This document shows, in pieces, positions 24,644 to 36,369 of a stretch of 64,000 bases of DNA (its first letter is position 1; every line of letters begins with the position of its first letter). Made by a program: the position numbers and the translations under genes. This DNA is from Squalus acanthias (lineage: Eukaryota), in the NCBI GenBank assembly GCA_030390025.1, contig CM059432.1:140618001-140682000 (forward strand), given 5' to 3'. The notes below the pieces were generated by a model that made no database searches, was not told the DNA's origin, and was given only the letters and a program-made list of their open reading frames with translations.

Positions 24644-25469
24644 GGGCGCGATCTTGCCAGCCCTGGGGAGGCGGGTATGGAGGTGGCACTGCCGGGAAAA
24701 TGGCAGAATCTGGGGGCGGATGCCCAACCCGCCCCAACCCACCTCCGTGCCATCTTGCCAGGAGGCGGGTAGCCGTCCCGCGCCGGGTCCCGTCTCCTTG
24801 GAGGCGGGAGGGGGATTACAGCCACTTAACTGCCTGTTAACAGGTAGTTAACAGGCAGATAAGAGGATTATCCCCATTCTACCCACACAAGTGCGGGCTT
24901 CCCGAAAGTTGTGAACCCCGCCAGGGTCACCGAGGTGAGCAGTGGGTCTGCGGGGGTCGGAGGGGTGCAAAAGTGCGCTGTGAAGGTAAGTGATGGGTGC
25001 AAGTGTGGAGAGGTGAGTATGTGAGGTAAGTTTACTTACCTTTGTTTCTTCCTGCAGGCTTCAATCGTTGGGGATGCGGAGAGTCTCGCATCTCCACGGC
25101 AGATATGACAAATGGCCGCTGCATTCTCCAATACAACAACCATCTAATTTCTGCTAAAGAAAGAGGTTTGATGAGTCTTGAATTCAAGAACTCATCAAAC
25201 TACAGAGAATGTCAGTGTTTGACAGCTTCACAGAGCTGTCAAACGATGACAATTCATCTGTCAAAAATTTTTGACAAATGAAACGTCATACGCTGACATT
25301 CTCTGTAACCGGCTTCCCCTTAATCGGCCTGCTAAACCCGCTGGGCGGGCTTAACAAGGTCAATCAAGGGAAAATAGCGTGGGTTGGCCACAAATCGATG
25401 GAGGTGGGACAACGACCCGACAAGCAGCAGTCCCGCCTCCAACGCGCCTCCATTGGCAAAATCGCCCCC
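24644..25469 (+). mobile_element. Harbinger-type MITE
   Basis: TIRs gggcgcgatcttgcc / ggcaaaatcgccccc. Same family as 32266-32934 in opposite orientation. No clean TSD. Confidence 0.82.
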
Positions 25470-26104
25470 TAAGTGTTCAATGCAGCAAATGAATTAGGGG
25501 GTTACAGAGGTGGACAAACATATACTGTACAAGGTGTGGTGCTAGACTTCCGCACCTCAGTATGACAGTGTATCTAAAGCACTGGCTCCTGAGTATGAAA
25601 AATGGTTAAAAAAAAATCTCAAGTCGCCTTAATGTTGCAGTGCATCAATTTCACAGAAATTGAAGATAAATATTCTAAGGGAGTTTTTCTTTACTTCAGC
25701 AAGAAATCGTTTTTCTAAAAACTTTTTTTTAATAGATTTTAACAGCTGCCAATCAAAATGCTGGTATGTCAGGATGTTCCTGTGGTTGATTTCAATAAAT
25801 ATGCGTTCAGTAGCGGGAACGGAAAAGGCAGCCAATCCGCTACTTTCGCTTAATTGCCAATTAGCCAGTATAAATGGTGAATGGGTAATTTATCCAGCTG
25901 TGTAGTGGGCAAGAGAAAAGAAAACCTTTGAAGTTATGGCTTGGGGTCCAATTCATAAAACCAGAGCTAATGACCAGGACACGGAGATGACAGTAAATGA
26001 TAACATGCTGGAGAAAATAAATGATGCTTCTGGTGCCTCAGGGCATTCAGCTACTAAACAGCACAGTTCAGCAGCGCGGTGATACATAACAGAGCAGATC
26101 TAGA

Positions 26105-26430
26105 AGCGTAGAATCATAGAGCACAGAAGGACGCCATTCGGCCCATCATGCCTGTGCCGGCTGTTTGAAAGAGCGATCCCATTAGTCCCACTCCCCCCGT
26201 TCCTTCCCCATAGCCCTGTTCAAGTATTTATCCAATTCCCTTTTGAAAGTCGCTGTTGAATCTGCTTCCACCGCCCCTTTCAGGCAGCGCATTCCAGATC
26301 ACAACAACTCGCTGCGTAAATAAAAATTCTCCTCATCTTCCCTTTGCTTTCTTTTGCCGATTATCTGAAATCTGTGTCCTCTGGTTACCGACCCTCATTC
26401 ACTCTATCAAAACCCCTCATCATTTTGAAC
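26105..26430 (-). mobile_element. CR1 3' tail fragment
   Basis: Similar to 20755-21100 and to the reverse complement of 54175-54465. Confidence 0.8.
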
Positions 26431-26759
26431 CCGAGACCACCTCACAAATATCTCTATTTTCAGGGCCCCACATTTCTAGCATGTTACGAACATGTCGAGG
26501 GGGATCTGAGCTGCTATTTCTAATTTACTTCCAATCGTTGCTAACTGTCGTTGTGGTCAATAGCAGGCACCTACAGCTCTCACCAGTCTCATCCCTATTA
26601 CCGAGGGTGATATATATTGTATGGATCTACTTATTGTAATCAACAACCCCTTAAATGACACATGATCTACTGGGCCGGAGTCCCTTCTTTGCTTCAGTGG
26701 TTTAGACAGAGGTTCGGTGATTATAGGTGGTTTTCTCACAACACAGAATGTAACCTCAC

Positions 26760-26840
26760 CGTTGGGCAATCTCACATGATGCAATGTATGAATGTCCTGT
26801 TCCAGTTCTAGACACAGCTCACGCAGTGAGCTGGCACCAT
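26760..26840 (-). CDS. Candidate 81-nt symmetric host exon, product unknown
   Basis: Acceptor ttatcttgttattgaatag, donor ACG|gtgagg, phase 1-1, peptide (D)GASSLRELCLELEQDIHTLHHVRLPN. Confidence 0.3.
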
Positions 26841-27264
26841 CTATTCAATAACAAGATAATGTCAAGTTGGAACATCTTCTGCTGTAATATTTTTCAGGCC
26901 TTCAGTTGGAGAGCAGAGAGAGCGATTAAGCAATTTTGGAAGCTGAGCTATCAGATTCAAATGATATTAGGATCAGATTCCAGCGTTCTTTGTGTGCTAA
27001 ATGATGGACGATGTGAGCGTGGATTATGTCCAGTAACATTCAGAAGCGCAAGGGATATACAATCCCTCGTTCAGATGTTCGTGGGACCTTGCTGTGCGCA
27101 AATTGGCTGCCGCATTTCCTACATTACAACGGGGACGACACCTCAAAATAGCACTTCATTGGCTGTAAAGCACTTTGGGACGTCCTGAGGTCGTGAAAGG
27201 CGCTCTATAAATGCAAGTTCTTTCTTTTTTCTTAATGTTCTTATATTGACAATTCCTGTTCCAG

Positions 27265-28962
27265 AGGGTGCAGGCCCAGTTCACTGATGCAGGCCCAGTT
27301 CACTGATAAAGCAGAATGCAGGCCCAGTTCACTGATAAAGCAGAATGCAGGCCCAGTTCACTGATAAAGCAGGGTGCAGGCCCAGTTCACTGATAAAGCA
27401 GGGTGCAGGCCCAGTTCACTGATAAAGCAGGATGCAGGCCCAGTTCACTGATAAAGCAGGATGCAGGCCCAGTTCACTGATAAAGCAGGATGCAGGCCCA
27501 GTTCACTGATAAAGCAGGATGCAGGCCGGGTTCACTGATAAAGCAGGATGCAGGCCCAGTTCACTGATAAAGCAGGGTGCAGGCCCAGTTCACTGATAAA
27601 GCAGGATGCAGGCCCAGTTCACTGATAAAGCAAGGTGCAGGCCCAGTTCACTGATAAAGCAGGATGCAGGCCCAGTTCACTGATAAAGCAGGATGCAGGC
27701 CGGGTTCACTGATAAAGCAGGGTGCAGGCCCAGTTCACTGATAAAGCAGGGTGCAGGCCGGGTTCACTGATAAAGCAGGGAGCAGGCCGGGTTCACTGAT
27801 AAAGCAGGGTGCAGGCCCAGTTCACTGATAAAGCAAGGTGCAGGCCCAGTTCACTGATAAAGCAGGGTGCAGGCCGGGTTCACTGATAAGGCAGGATGCA
27901 GGCCGGGTTCACTGATAAAGCAGGGTGCAGGCCGGGTTCACTGATAAAGCAGGGTGCAGGCCGGGTTCACTGATAAAGCAGGGTGCAGGCCCAGTTCACT
28001 GATAAAGCAGGGTGCAGGCCCAGTTCACTGATAAAGCAGGATGCAGGCCCAGTTCACTGATAAAGCAGGATGCAGGCCCAGTTCACTGATAATGCAGAAT
28101 GCAGGCCCAGTTCACTGATAATGCAGAATGCAGGCCCAGTTCACTGATAAAGCAGGGTGCAGGCCCAGTTCACTGATAAAGCAGGGTGCAGGCCCAGTTC
28201 ACTGATAAAGCAGGGAGCAGGCCCAGTTCACTGATAAAGCAGGGTGCAGGCCCAGTTCACTGATAAAGCAGGATGCAGGCCCAGTTCACTGATAAAGCAG
28301 GATGCAGGCCCAGTTCACTGATAAAGCAGGATGCAGGCCCAGTTCACTGATAAAGCAGGGAGCAGGCCCAGTTCACTGATAAAGCAGGATGCAGGCCCAG
28401 TTCACTGATAAAGCAGGATGCAGGCCCAGTTCACTGATAAAGCAGGATGCAGGCCGGGTTCACTGATAAAGCAGGATGCAGGCCCAGTTCACTGATAAAG
28501 CAGGGTGCAGGCCCAGTTCACTGATAAAGCAGGGAGCAGGCCCAGTTCACTGATAAAGCAGGATGCAGGCCCAGTTCACTGATGCAGGCCCAGTTCACTG
28601 ATAAAGCAGGATGCAGGCCCAGTTCACTGATAAAGCAGGGTGCAGGCCCAGTTCACTGATAAAGCAGGGAGCAGGCCCAGTTCACTGATAAAGCAGGGTG
28701 CAGGCCCAGTTCACTGATAAAGCAGGGTGCAGGCCCAGTTCACTGATAATGCAGAATGCAGGCCCAGTTCACTGATAAAGCAGGGTGCAGGCCCAGTTCA
28801 CTGATAAAGCAGGATGCAGGCCCAGTTCACTGATAAAGCAGGGTGCAGGCCCAGTTCACTGATAAAGCAGGATGCAGGCCGGGTTCACTGATAAAGCAGG
28901 GAGCAGGCCCAGTTCACTGATAAAGCAGGATGCAGGCCCAGTTCACTGATAAAGCAAAATGC
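27265..28962. repeat. 29-bp minisatellite, ~58-59 units
   Basis: Unit gcaggcccagttcactgataaagcagg(g/a)t, plus two 19-nt truncated units (~27270 and ~28565). Confidence 0.98.
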
Positions 28963-29825
28963 CACAGCATTGCTAGGTGTCTGCAATTGTACGTTTGCTA
29001 CACTTTCATCAAGAGGGGGATTTCAAACTGAGATTCCAGTCACGAAATGCAGAGGCCATTTCCAGTAATGTAGCTCTTCGTGCGCTGTTGTGAGAGGACA
29101 GGCTTCAGTTTGGATACTCCCAGAGTCAAATAGCTCGTCCTCGCCCATTGTCTGGTTTCACATATCACAAGATGATGAAGAACGAGTTTCACAGGATCGA
29201 ACTGTTTCCTAAATAATTGAAACCTCAACTACCTTACCTGTACACCCACTCCATATACTGATTACTGATTGCCAGTCTGGGCTCAGAGGGTAGCGCTCTC
29301 GCCTCTGAGTCAGCAGGTTGTGGGTTCAATAGTTGATTTGGCCATTAGCTCATTGCTGTTTGTGGGATCTTGCTGTGCGCAAATTGGCTTCTGCGTTTCC
29401 CACATTACAACAGTGACTACACTTCAAAAAATACTTAATTGGCTGTAAAGGTCTTTGGGACATCCTGAGGTCATGAAAGGTACTATATCAATGCAAGTCT
29501 TTCTTTCTTTCTGTCTTTCTGTTTTTCTGTCTTTCTTTCTGTCTTTCTTTCTATGAAAAAGAACTTCTTGACCCTACTCCTAAATTTGCCTCTCCCCAGT
29601 TTGAGCCTGTACCCCCTTGTCCTACTGTCACTGTTAAATTTACCTTTCCTACACTTCTTGCTCTATGAGGTCCCTCTCTGTTTCCCCTGTCAAGGCTGTA
29701 AATCCCAGGTTTTTTCAGTCCTTTCTCAAAACTCAGTTCTCCGATGTGAGGGAACCAGTCTTGTGGCTTTTCTCTGTGCCACCTCCAGGGTTTCAAAACT
29801 CCCCTTCTATCTCAGTGACTAATAC

Positions 29826-31090
29826 TTTTTTTTTATTCACTTATGGGATCTGGGCATCACTGGCAAGGCCAACATTTATTGCCCATCCCTAATTGCCCTT
29901 GAGAAGGTGGTGGTGAGCCACCTTCTTGAACCGCAGCAGTCCATGTGGTGAAGGTACTCCCACAGTGCTGTTAGGTAGGGAGTTCCAGGATTTTGACCCA
30001 GCGACGATGAAGGATCGGCGATATATAAGTCAGGATGGTGTGTGACTTGGAGGGGAACTTGGAGGTGGTGGTGTTCCCATGCGTCTGCTGCCCTTGTCCT
30101 TCTAGGTGGAAGAGGTCACGGGTTTGGGAGGTGCTGCCGAAGAAGCCTTGGTGAGTTGCTGCAGTGCATCTTGTAGATGGTACACACTGCAGCGACCGTA
30201 CGCCGGCAGTGGAGGGAGTGAATGTTTAAGGTGGTGGATGGGGTGCCAATCAAGCGGGCTGCTTTGTCCTGGATGGTGTCGAGCTTCTTGAGTGTTGTTG
30301 CAGCTGCACTCATCCAGGCAAGTGGAGAGTATTCCATCACACTCCTTATTTGTGCCTTGTAGATGGTGGAAAGGCTTTGGGGAGTCAGGAAGTGAGACAC
30401 TCGCCGCAGAATACCCAGCCTCTGACCAGCTCTTGTTGCCACAGTATTTATGTGGCTGGTCCAGTTAAGTTTCTGGTCAATGGTGATCCCAGGATGTTGA
30501 TGGTGGGGGATTCGGCGATGGTAATGCCGTTGAACGTCAAGGGGCGGTGGTTAGACTCTCGCTTGTTGGAGATAGTCATTGCCTGGCACTTGTGTGATGC
30601 GAATGTTACCTGCCACTTATCAGCCCAAGCCTGAACATCGTCCAGGTCTTGTTGCATGTGGGCATGGATTGCTTCATTATCTGAGGAGTTGTGAATGGAA
30701 CTGAACACTGTGCAGTCATCAGTGAACATCCCCATTTCTGACCTTATGTTGGAGGGAAGGTCATTGATGAAGTAGCTGAAGATGGTTGGGCCTAGGACAC
30801 TGCCCTGAGGAACCCCTGCAGTGATGTCCTGGGGTTGTGATGATTGACCTTCAACCACCTTCCTTTGTGCTAGGTATGACTCCAGCCAGTGGAGCGTTTT
30901 CCCCCTGATTCCCATTGACTTCAGTTTTACTAGGGCTCCTTGATGCCACACTCGGTCAAACGCTGCCTTGATGTCAAGGGCAGTCGCTCTCACCTCACCT
31001 TTGGAATTCAGCTCCTTTGTCCATGTTTGGACCAAGGCTGTAATGAGGTCGGGAGCCGAGTGGTCGTGGCGGAACCCAAACTGGGCACCA
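29826..31090 (-). mobile_element. CR1-group non-LTR retrotransposon 3' fragment (family distinct from the canonical CR1 here)
   Basis: ALDIKAAFDRVWH, GVPQGSVLGP, FTDD, WADKWQVTF. Same family as 43950-45981. Confidence 0.9.
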
Positions 31091-31479
31091 GTGATCAGTA
31101 CTCACGGTGCAGTGTGACCAGGGACTTATATTATGCTGTTCTGGTTATATAAAGAAAGAAAGAACTTGCCTTTATACAGCAGCAGTCAGCAAGCTCAAGA
31201 GGAGGAGGCGGAGGAGACAATTGGGAAGAAAACATTTTGGTTTCTGAAAATGTTCAATTTCAACAGCCTTTGCTCTCACGCATTTTACGGTGCAGACAGT
31301 CACAACAACTTTCTTCTCCCCTCTGTTGCCCCCTCACCTCTCCTGAGCCGAAGATTGAAGGAGGATCATGGCTCCATTGCGATGATCTGATCATCAGGTC
31401 GTTTGCCCAAGCGGTCATTCGTCACGCGCGAAACCTGACGCTGAAGCCTGGATTATCTGACCTGTGTTATTCTGCATCA

Positions 31480-31790
31480 GCTGGGGCACAGTGGGCAGCA
31501 CTCTCGCCTCTGACATCAGAAGGTTGTGGGTTCAAGTCCCACTCCAGAGCGCATTCATCTTCGGCTGACACTCCCCATGCAGTACTGAGGGAGTGCTGCA
31601 CTGTCGGAGGTGCCGTCTGTTAGATGACACGTTAAACTGAGGCCTCCTCTGCTCTGAGGTGGACCTAAAAGATCCCATGGCGCTATTTAAAGAAGAGCGC
31701 GGGAGTTCTCCCCGGTGTCCTGGGGCCAATGTTTATCCCTCAACCCATATCACTAAAAAAACAGAAAGGCGCTATATAAATGCAAGATTT
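31480..31790 (+). mobile_element. Deu-domain SINE with internal deletion
   Basis: tRNA head and 5' Deu part joined directly to the aaaggcgctatataaatgcaag tail. Confidence 0.85.
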
Positions 31791-32265
31791 TGTTTTAGTA
31801 ATGGAGAAACTTGAGATCAGGGCTTTACAGGACTTGTTACTCCTACTTGAGAGCCCCACATTTACTTATGCTGAACCTTTATAAAGCGCTGGTTAGGCCA
31901 CAACTGGAGTATTGTGTCCAGTTCTGGTCACCACACTTTAGGAAGGATGTGAAGGCCCTTGAGAGGGTGCAGAGGAGATTTACCAGAATGGTTCCGGGGA
32001 TGGGGGATCTTAGCTACAAGGACAGGTTGGAGAAGCTGGATTTGTTTTCACTAGAGCAAAGGAGGTGTACAAGATTATGACGGGTTTGGATAGGCTAGAT
32101 GGGGAAAGGCTGTTCCCACTAGTTGATGGTACAAGGACTAGGGGACAAAGATTTAAGGTTTTGGGCAAGAGATACAGGAGGGATGTGAGGAAAAACTTTT
32201 TACGCAACGAGTGGTGATGACCTGGAATTTGCTGCCGATAGAAGTGGTGGAAGCGGAGACACGAT

Positions 32266-32934
32266 GGGCTGGATTTTGTCAATGGAGACGTGCTGGAGGC
32301 GGGACTACTGCTTGCCGGGTCTCAGTCCTGCCTCCATCAGCCTCTGGCCAACCAGCGGGACTTTCCCCTGATTGACCTTGTTAAGCCCGCCCAGCGGGCT
32401 CAGCACGCCAATTAGGGGGAAGTCACTGACAGAGCACGTCAACGTGACAGCTCTGTGAAGCTGTCAAACACTGACATTCTGTGTAGTTTGATGAGCCCTT
32501 GTGTTCAGGACTCATCAAACCTTTCTACTTTGTAGAAATCAGATGACTGTTGGTTCAGAGGATCCAACAGCCAGTCTGTGAAATCTACAATGAAGATGTC
32601 GGGACTCCGGATCCAAAGCAGCTGAAGGCTGTAGGCAGAAACAAAGGTAAGTGAACATTTTCTAACACTTTACACTCACCTCACATACTTACCACTCCAC
32701 ACTTGCACCCATCACTCACCTCTACATCTCACTTTCAGACCCCTCCGACCCCCGCAGACCTCCTACTCTCCTCCTCCACCCCGGCGGGGTTCTCCGAGGT
32801 CGGGAAGCCTGCACTTGGAAAGGTAAAATGGGACTAATCCTTTTTTCTGCCTGTTAACTACCTGGCACATTCTGCAACTTTACCGGCAGTCCCGCCTCCA
32901 TACCCGCCTCCTTGGGGCTGGCAAAATCCAGCCC
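32266..32934 (-). mobile_element. Harbinger-type MITE
   Basis: 15-bp TIRs gggctggattttgtc / ggcaaaatccagccc (one mismatch). Interrupts CR1. Confidence 0.88.
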
Positions 32935-33094
32935 TCAATGTTTTCAAGGGGAGACTGGATAGGCACTGAGGGAAATAAACTTGCAGGGCTACGGGGATAG
33001 AGCGGGGGAATGGGACTGACTGGATTACTCTACAGAAAGCCGGCACGGACTTGGTGGGCCGAATGGCCTCCTTCTGTGCCGTTATGACTCTATT

Positions 33095-33961
33095 GGCCAC
33101 AATTTTGCCGGCGCTCAGGGGGCGGGTTTGGAGGCGGGACATCCGGCAAAATCGCAAAGATTGACAGCGGGTCGGAAACCCGCCGTCAACCCGCCTCCAA
33201 CCAACCTTCCCAAGTGTCGGGTCCCCGATTTGCGCATGGACCCGACACCTAGCGGCGGGAAGAGGATTATAGGCACTTAACTGCTTGTTAACAGGAAGTT
33301 AAGAGGCTTTTTGTAATTTTGACAGGTCGACTGCGGGCTTCCTGACGTCCGGACACCACGCCAGGGTAAGTGTGGCGTTCTGTGAGTCTACTGTAATGTT
33401 TCTTCATTGATGACAGCTGCAGAAGTGGTGTGAAGGATTCAATTGTGCACTGGTGAGTCTCAGAGGTAAGAAAATGTTGGGCAAATAATTTTTAATGCAT
33501 TTAGACTTTTCTGTAGGTAACAAGTTTTGAAGTGTTTGTGTAGTCCCACCTCATTGGGAGAACCTCTCTCACCAGTGACGGATCGCTTCTGTAACCTCAC
33601 CTGCAGCTGCCCTCTGTTCTAGCCGAAGGAGGGAGTCACTGGAGAGCCTGGGTGCAAGGGCTCACTTTTGTACAGTGATTGTCAGTGTTTGCAGCACCTC
33701 AATGCTGTCAAACACTGAAAAATCACCTGTCAGAAAAGATTGATCGTGGCCCTTTTAAGAAAACCGGCCGATGACGCGTCATCAACTGATGTCATCTGAC
33801 ACCGGCTTTCTCCTAATTGGCCGGCAAGCCCGCAAGACGGGCTTAACAAGGCCAATTAACGCAAAATAGCGTCTGTGCGTCGTACGTCGTTGGGGACGGG
33901 ATCGGAACCCGGAAGGAAGCTGTCCCGCCCCTAGGCCGCACCGAGAGGTAAAATCCAGCCC
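33095..33961 (+). mobile_element. Harbinger-type MITE related to the 1-607 element
   Basis: TIRs ggccacaattttgcc / ggtaaaatccagccc, with tat at or beside both ends. The first ~120 nt align with the terminus of the 1-607 Harbinger. Confidence 0.85.
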
Positions 33962-34189
33962 TATGACTCTATGACTATGACTTACTTATAATGCCACTTA
34001 CTAAATGACAATATTCAGATAATGGGAGTATTTTTCTGGTTGTGGAAGAATTCATTTTCAAATCACTGTATAATCTTGTCATTGTTGTTGTATCAAACCT
34101 ATAGCAGTTTAATCTTTCAAAGTAGAACAATGTTAAAAAAAACTGACATAAAAGTCATAACATATTCAAAATAAAACTACAGGGAGAGA

Positions 34190-35165
34190 GCCCTGGATGA
34201 TTCAGAGGGTAAGTGTGTCCCTAGTCTATTACTGAGCCACATTGACCAGCAAGGTTCCAGATTTAATTTTTGACAATGAGCTAACTAATCTCAGTCAGGC
34301 TGGCTGCTAGTGGACGATAATTAGATTCAGTGTCCCAGGGCTAGTAGGGAGAAAAATCAACCTGACCTACATTGGTCCGGTAACGCCTCAAATTTAAACT
34401 TCTTATCCTTATGTTCAAATCCCTCCATGGCCTCGTTCCCTATTGATTTTAATCGCTCCACTATTGGTCGCCGTGCCTTCAGCTGTCAAGGCCTTAAGTT
34501 CTGGAATTCCCTCCATAAATCCTCTCCACCTCTCTATCTCTCTCTCCCCCTTTAAGACACTGCTTACAACCTACCTCATCTGCCGTAATATCTCCTTATG
34601 TGGCTCGGTGTCAAATTTTGTTCTATACTCGCTCCTGTGAAGCAACTTGGGACGTTTTACGACATTAAAGGCGGTATATAAATACAAGTTGTTGTTGTTG
34701 TAACCGCCGCCAGCCCTACAACCCTCCGAGATCTCTGCACTCCACCAATTCTGGCCTCTTGCCCATCCCCCATTTGCCTTAGCCCCACCATCGGCGGCCG
34801 TGCCTTCAGCTGCCGAGGCCCCTAAGCTCTGGAATTCCCTCCCTAAACCTCTCCGCCTCTCCACCTCTCTCTCCTCCTTTTACTATGTTAAAGGCGCAAT
34901 ATAAATGCAAATTATTGTTGCTGTTGATGGGTTCTTGCTCCTGATTGTCATCCAGTAAACCAACGGGAAAGTACGTGTGTGCGTGTGTGTGTGTGCGTGT
35001 GCGCGTGCGTGTAGACATTATGCGAGGGCAGGATTGAGCTTGAGTAGGATGGTCCTCTCACGGTCAAAAGCCCCCCCACCAATGCTCATTATCCTGTCTC
35101 ATACATGAAGAATGGTCCCAAGGATCCATTCCCCAGCGTGAGTCAGCATCTCTGCGAGAAAAGGA
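34190..35165 (+). mobile_element. Old SINE-like element split by rearranged L2 3' fragments (~34362-34925)
   Basis: Head-like ctggatgattcagagggtaag…ggttccag; body resumes at ~34929 with a TG/CG microsatellite. Similar to 8290-8500. Confidence 0.55.
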
Positions 35166-36369
35166 AAGCATGATGTGCAAAAGAAAACGTGGGAAGTCGA
35201 CGAGGGTTAAAAAAAAAGTCTATCTTTGATATGTAGCACTTAACAGTTCTGGGGATGTAATACTGAAAGCGTACAAAGCACAGAGCCAGAAAGGGGGTTT
35301 TCTGTTTTAACTCCGCACAAGAGTGCTGTAGAAACGAGAATATTTGTGGGACATTTGGAATGAGGAATGTCTACTGCCAGCTCACAGACTCCAAATGTGG
35401 AGTTTATTTCCCCACCTCATGGCTCTCGCTCAGAAGAAGTGCCTCTTTGTTCTGCTAGTATTCATTTCAACATTTAAGAAAAAAAATCTATTTCCAGCCA
35501 CTCGTTCTGACACATGGGCTGTGGTGTAAAACAGAGTAAATGTGAAAGCTTGTGAGTGTGGCCGATTCTCTGGAGGTGAGGCAGTCAGCCTGGGGCACAT
35601 GCATTCTGGTCAGTTTAAGCACTGTTTACTTACGCACACGTCTTTAACTGAATCAAGGCACGCACTGAGCAGCATCTGGTGAAATCAGACTTGAGTTACC
35701 GTTAATCCCCGGTTTTTTTTTGGGTAACCACACTTTTATGTAAACTGTGCGGCAACTTCATCAAATTTCCAGACGTGAGATGCAAAATTTGAGCGAAGGA
35801 GCCTCTGAACGTTGAGACAGAGCTTAAAAAAAATTCTGCTGCTGCTGCATGGTGCAAAAAGCAAATTTACAACAGTGCAAAGACCAGGTTCGATTCTATC
35901 TGCTGCCAGTGGAGGGTTCCCCCCCCCCTGGTGTTGGGGAGTGACAAGTGGGAACTACAATAACTCTTGTTCAGCGCTGCCATTGTCTTTTCATAGTTTC
36001 TGCAGTGGCCATCATATGGGAGGACAATCTTGTACGGTAACAGAGTTGATTGATGTATTGCAACATTTTCTTTTGCACCTCTTCTCTTCTAGTTTGCTTG
36101 GGTGGTAACTTTGACTTTGGACGCTGGTGTAAAGCGGGTAATATCGGCTCGGCCTCCCGTTACACACCTCTCCCTGGTTTCCATTGCCATTGGAATTCCA
36201 AATGACCCCCATTGTGTTTTCTCGTGACTCCAGGTTGCTCTCTCAGCTTTCGCTTTGCTGCTTGTGATTGCACAGCAGGGCCCCTGGAATTACTGTTGCG
36301 TTGTGTAAAATCTCCGTAGCTGTCCGTCGTGAGTTTGCTGGAGCGTCTTTTGATGAGTTTATTCTGTCG

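Larger units (their letters stand above)
31865..33985 (+). mobile_element. CR1 3' fragment interrupted by two MITEs
   Basis: [19 protein letters not shown]. Resumes at 32935; the (tatgactc)n tail is split by 33095-33961. Confidence 0.88.

Noticed and set aside
27265..28962. CRISPR-like array (29-bp repeats)
   Set aside because: Units are head-to-tail with no unique spacers, there are no cas genes and the context is eukaryotic.
29040..31460. Possible minus-strand exons at ~29040-29210 and ~31335-31460
   Set aside because: No consistent frame with good splice sites on both sides and no recognisable peptide.
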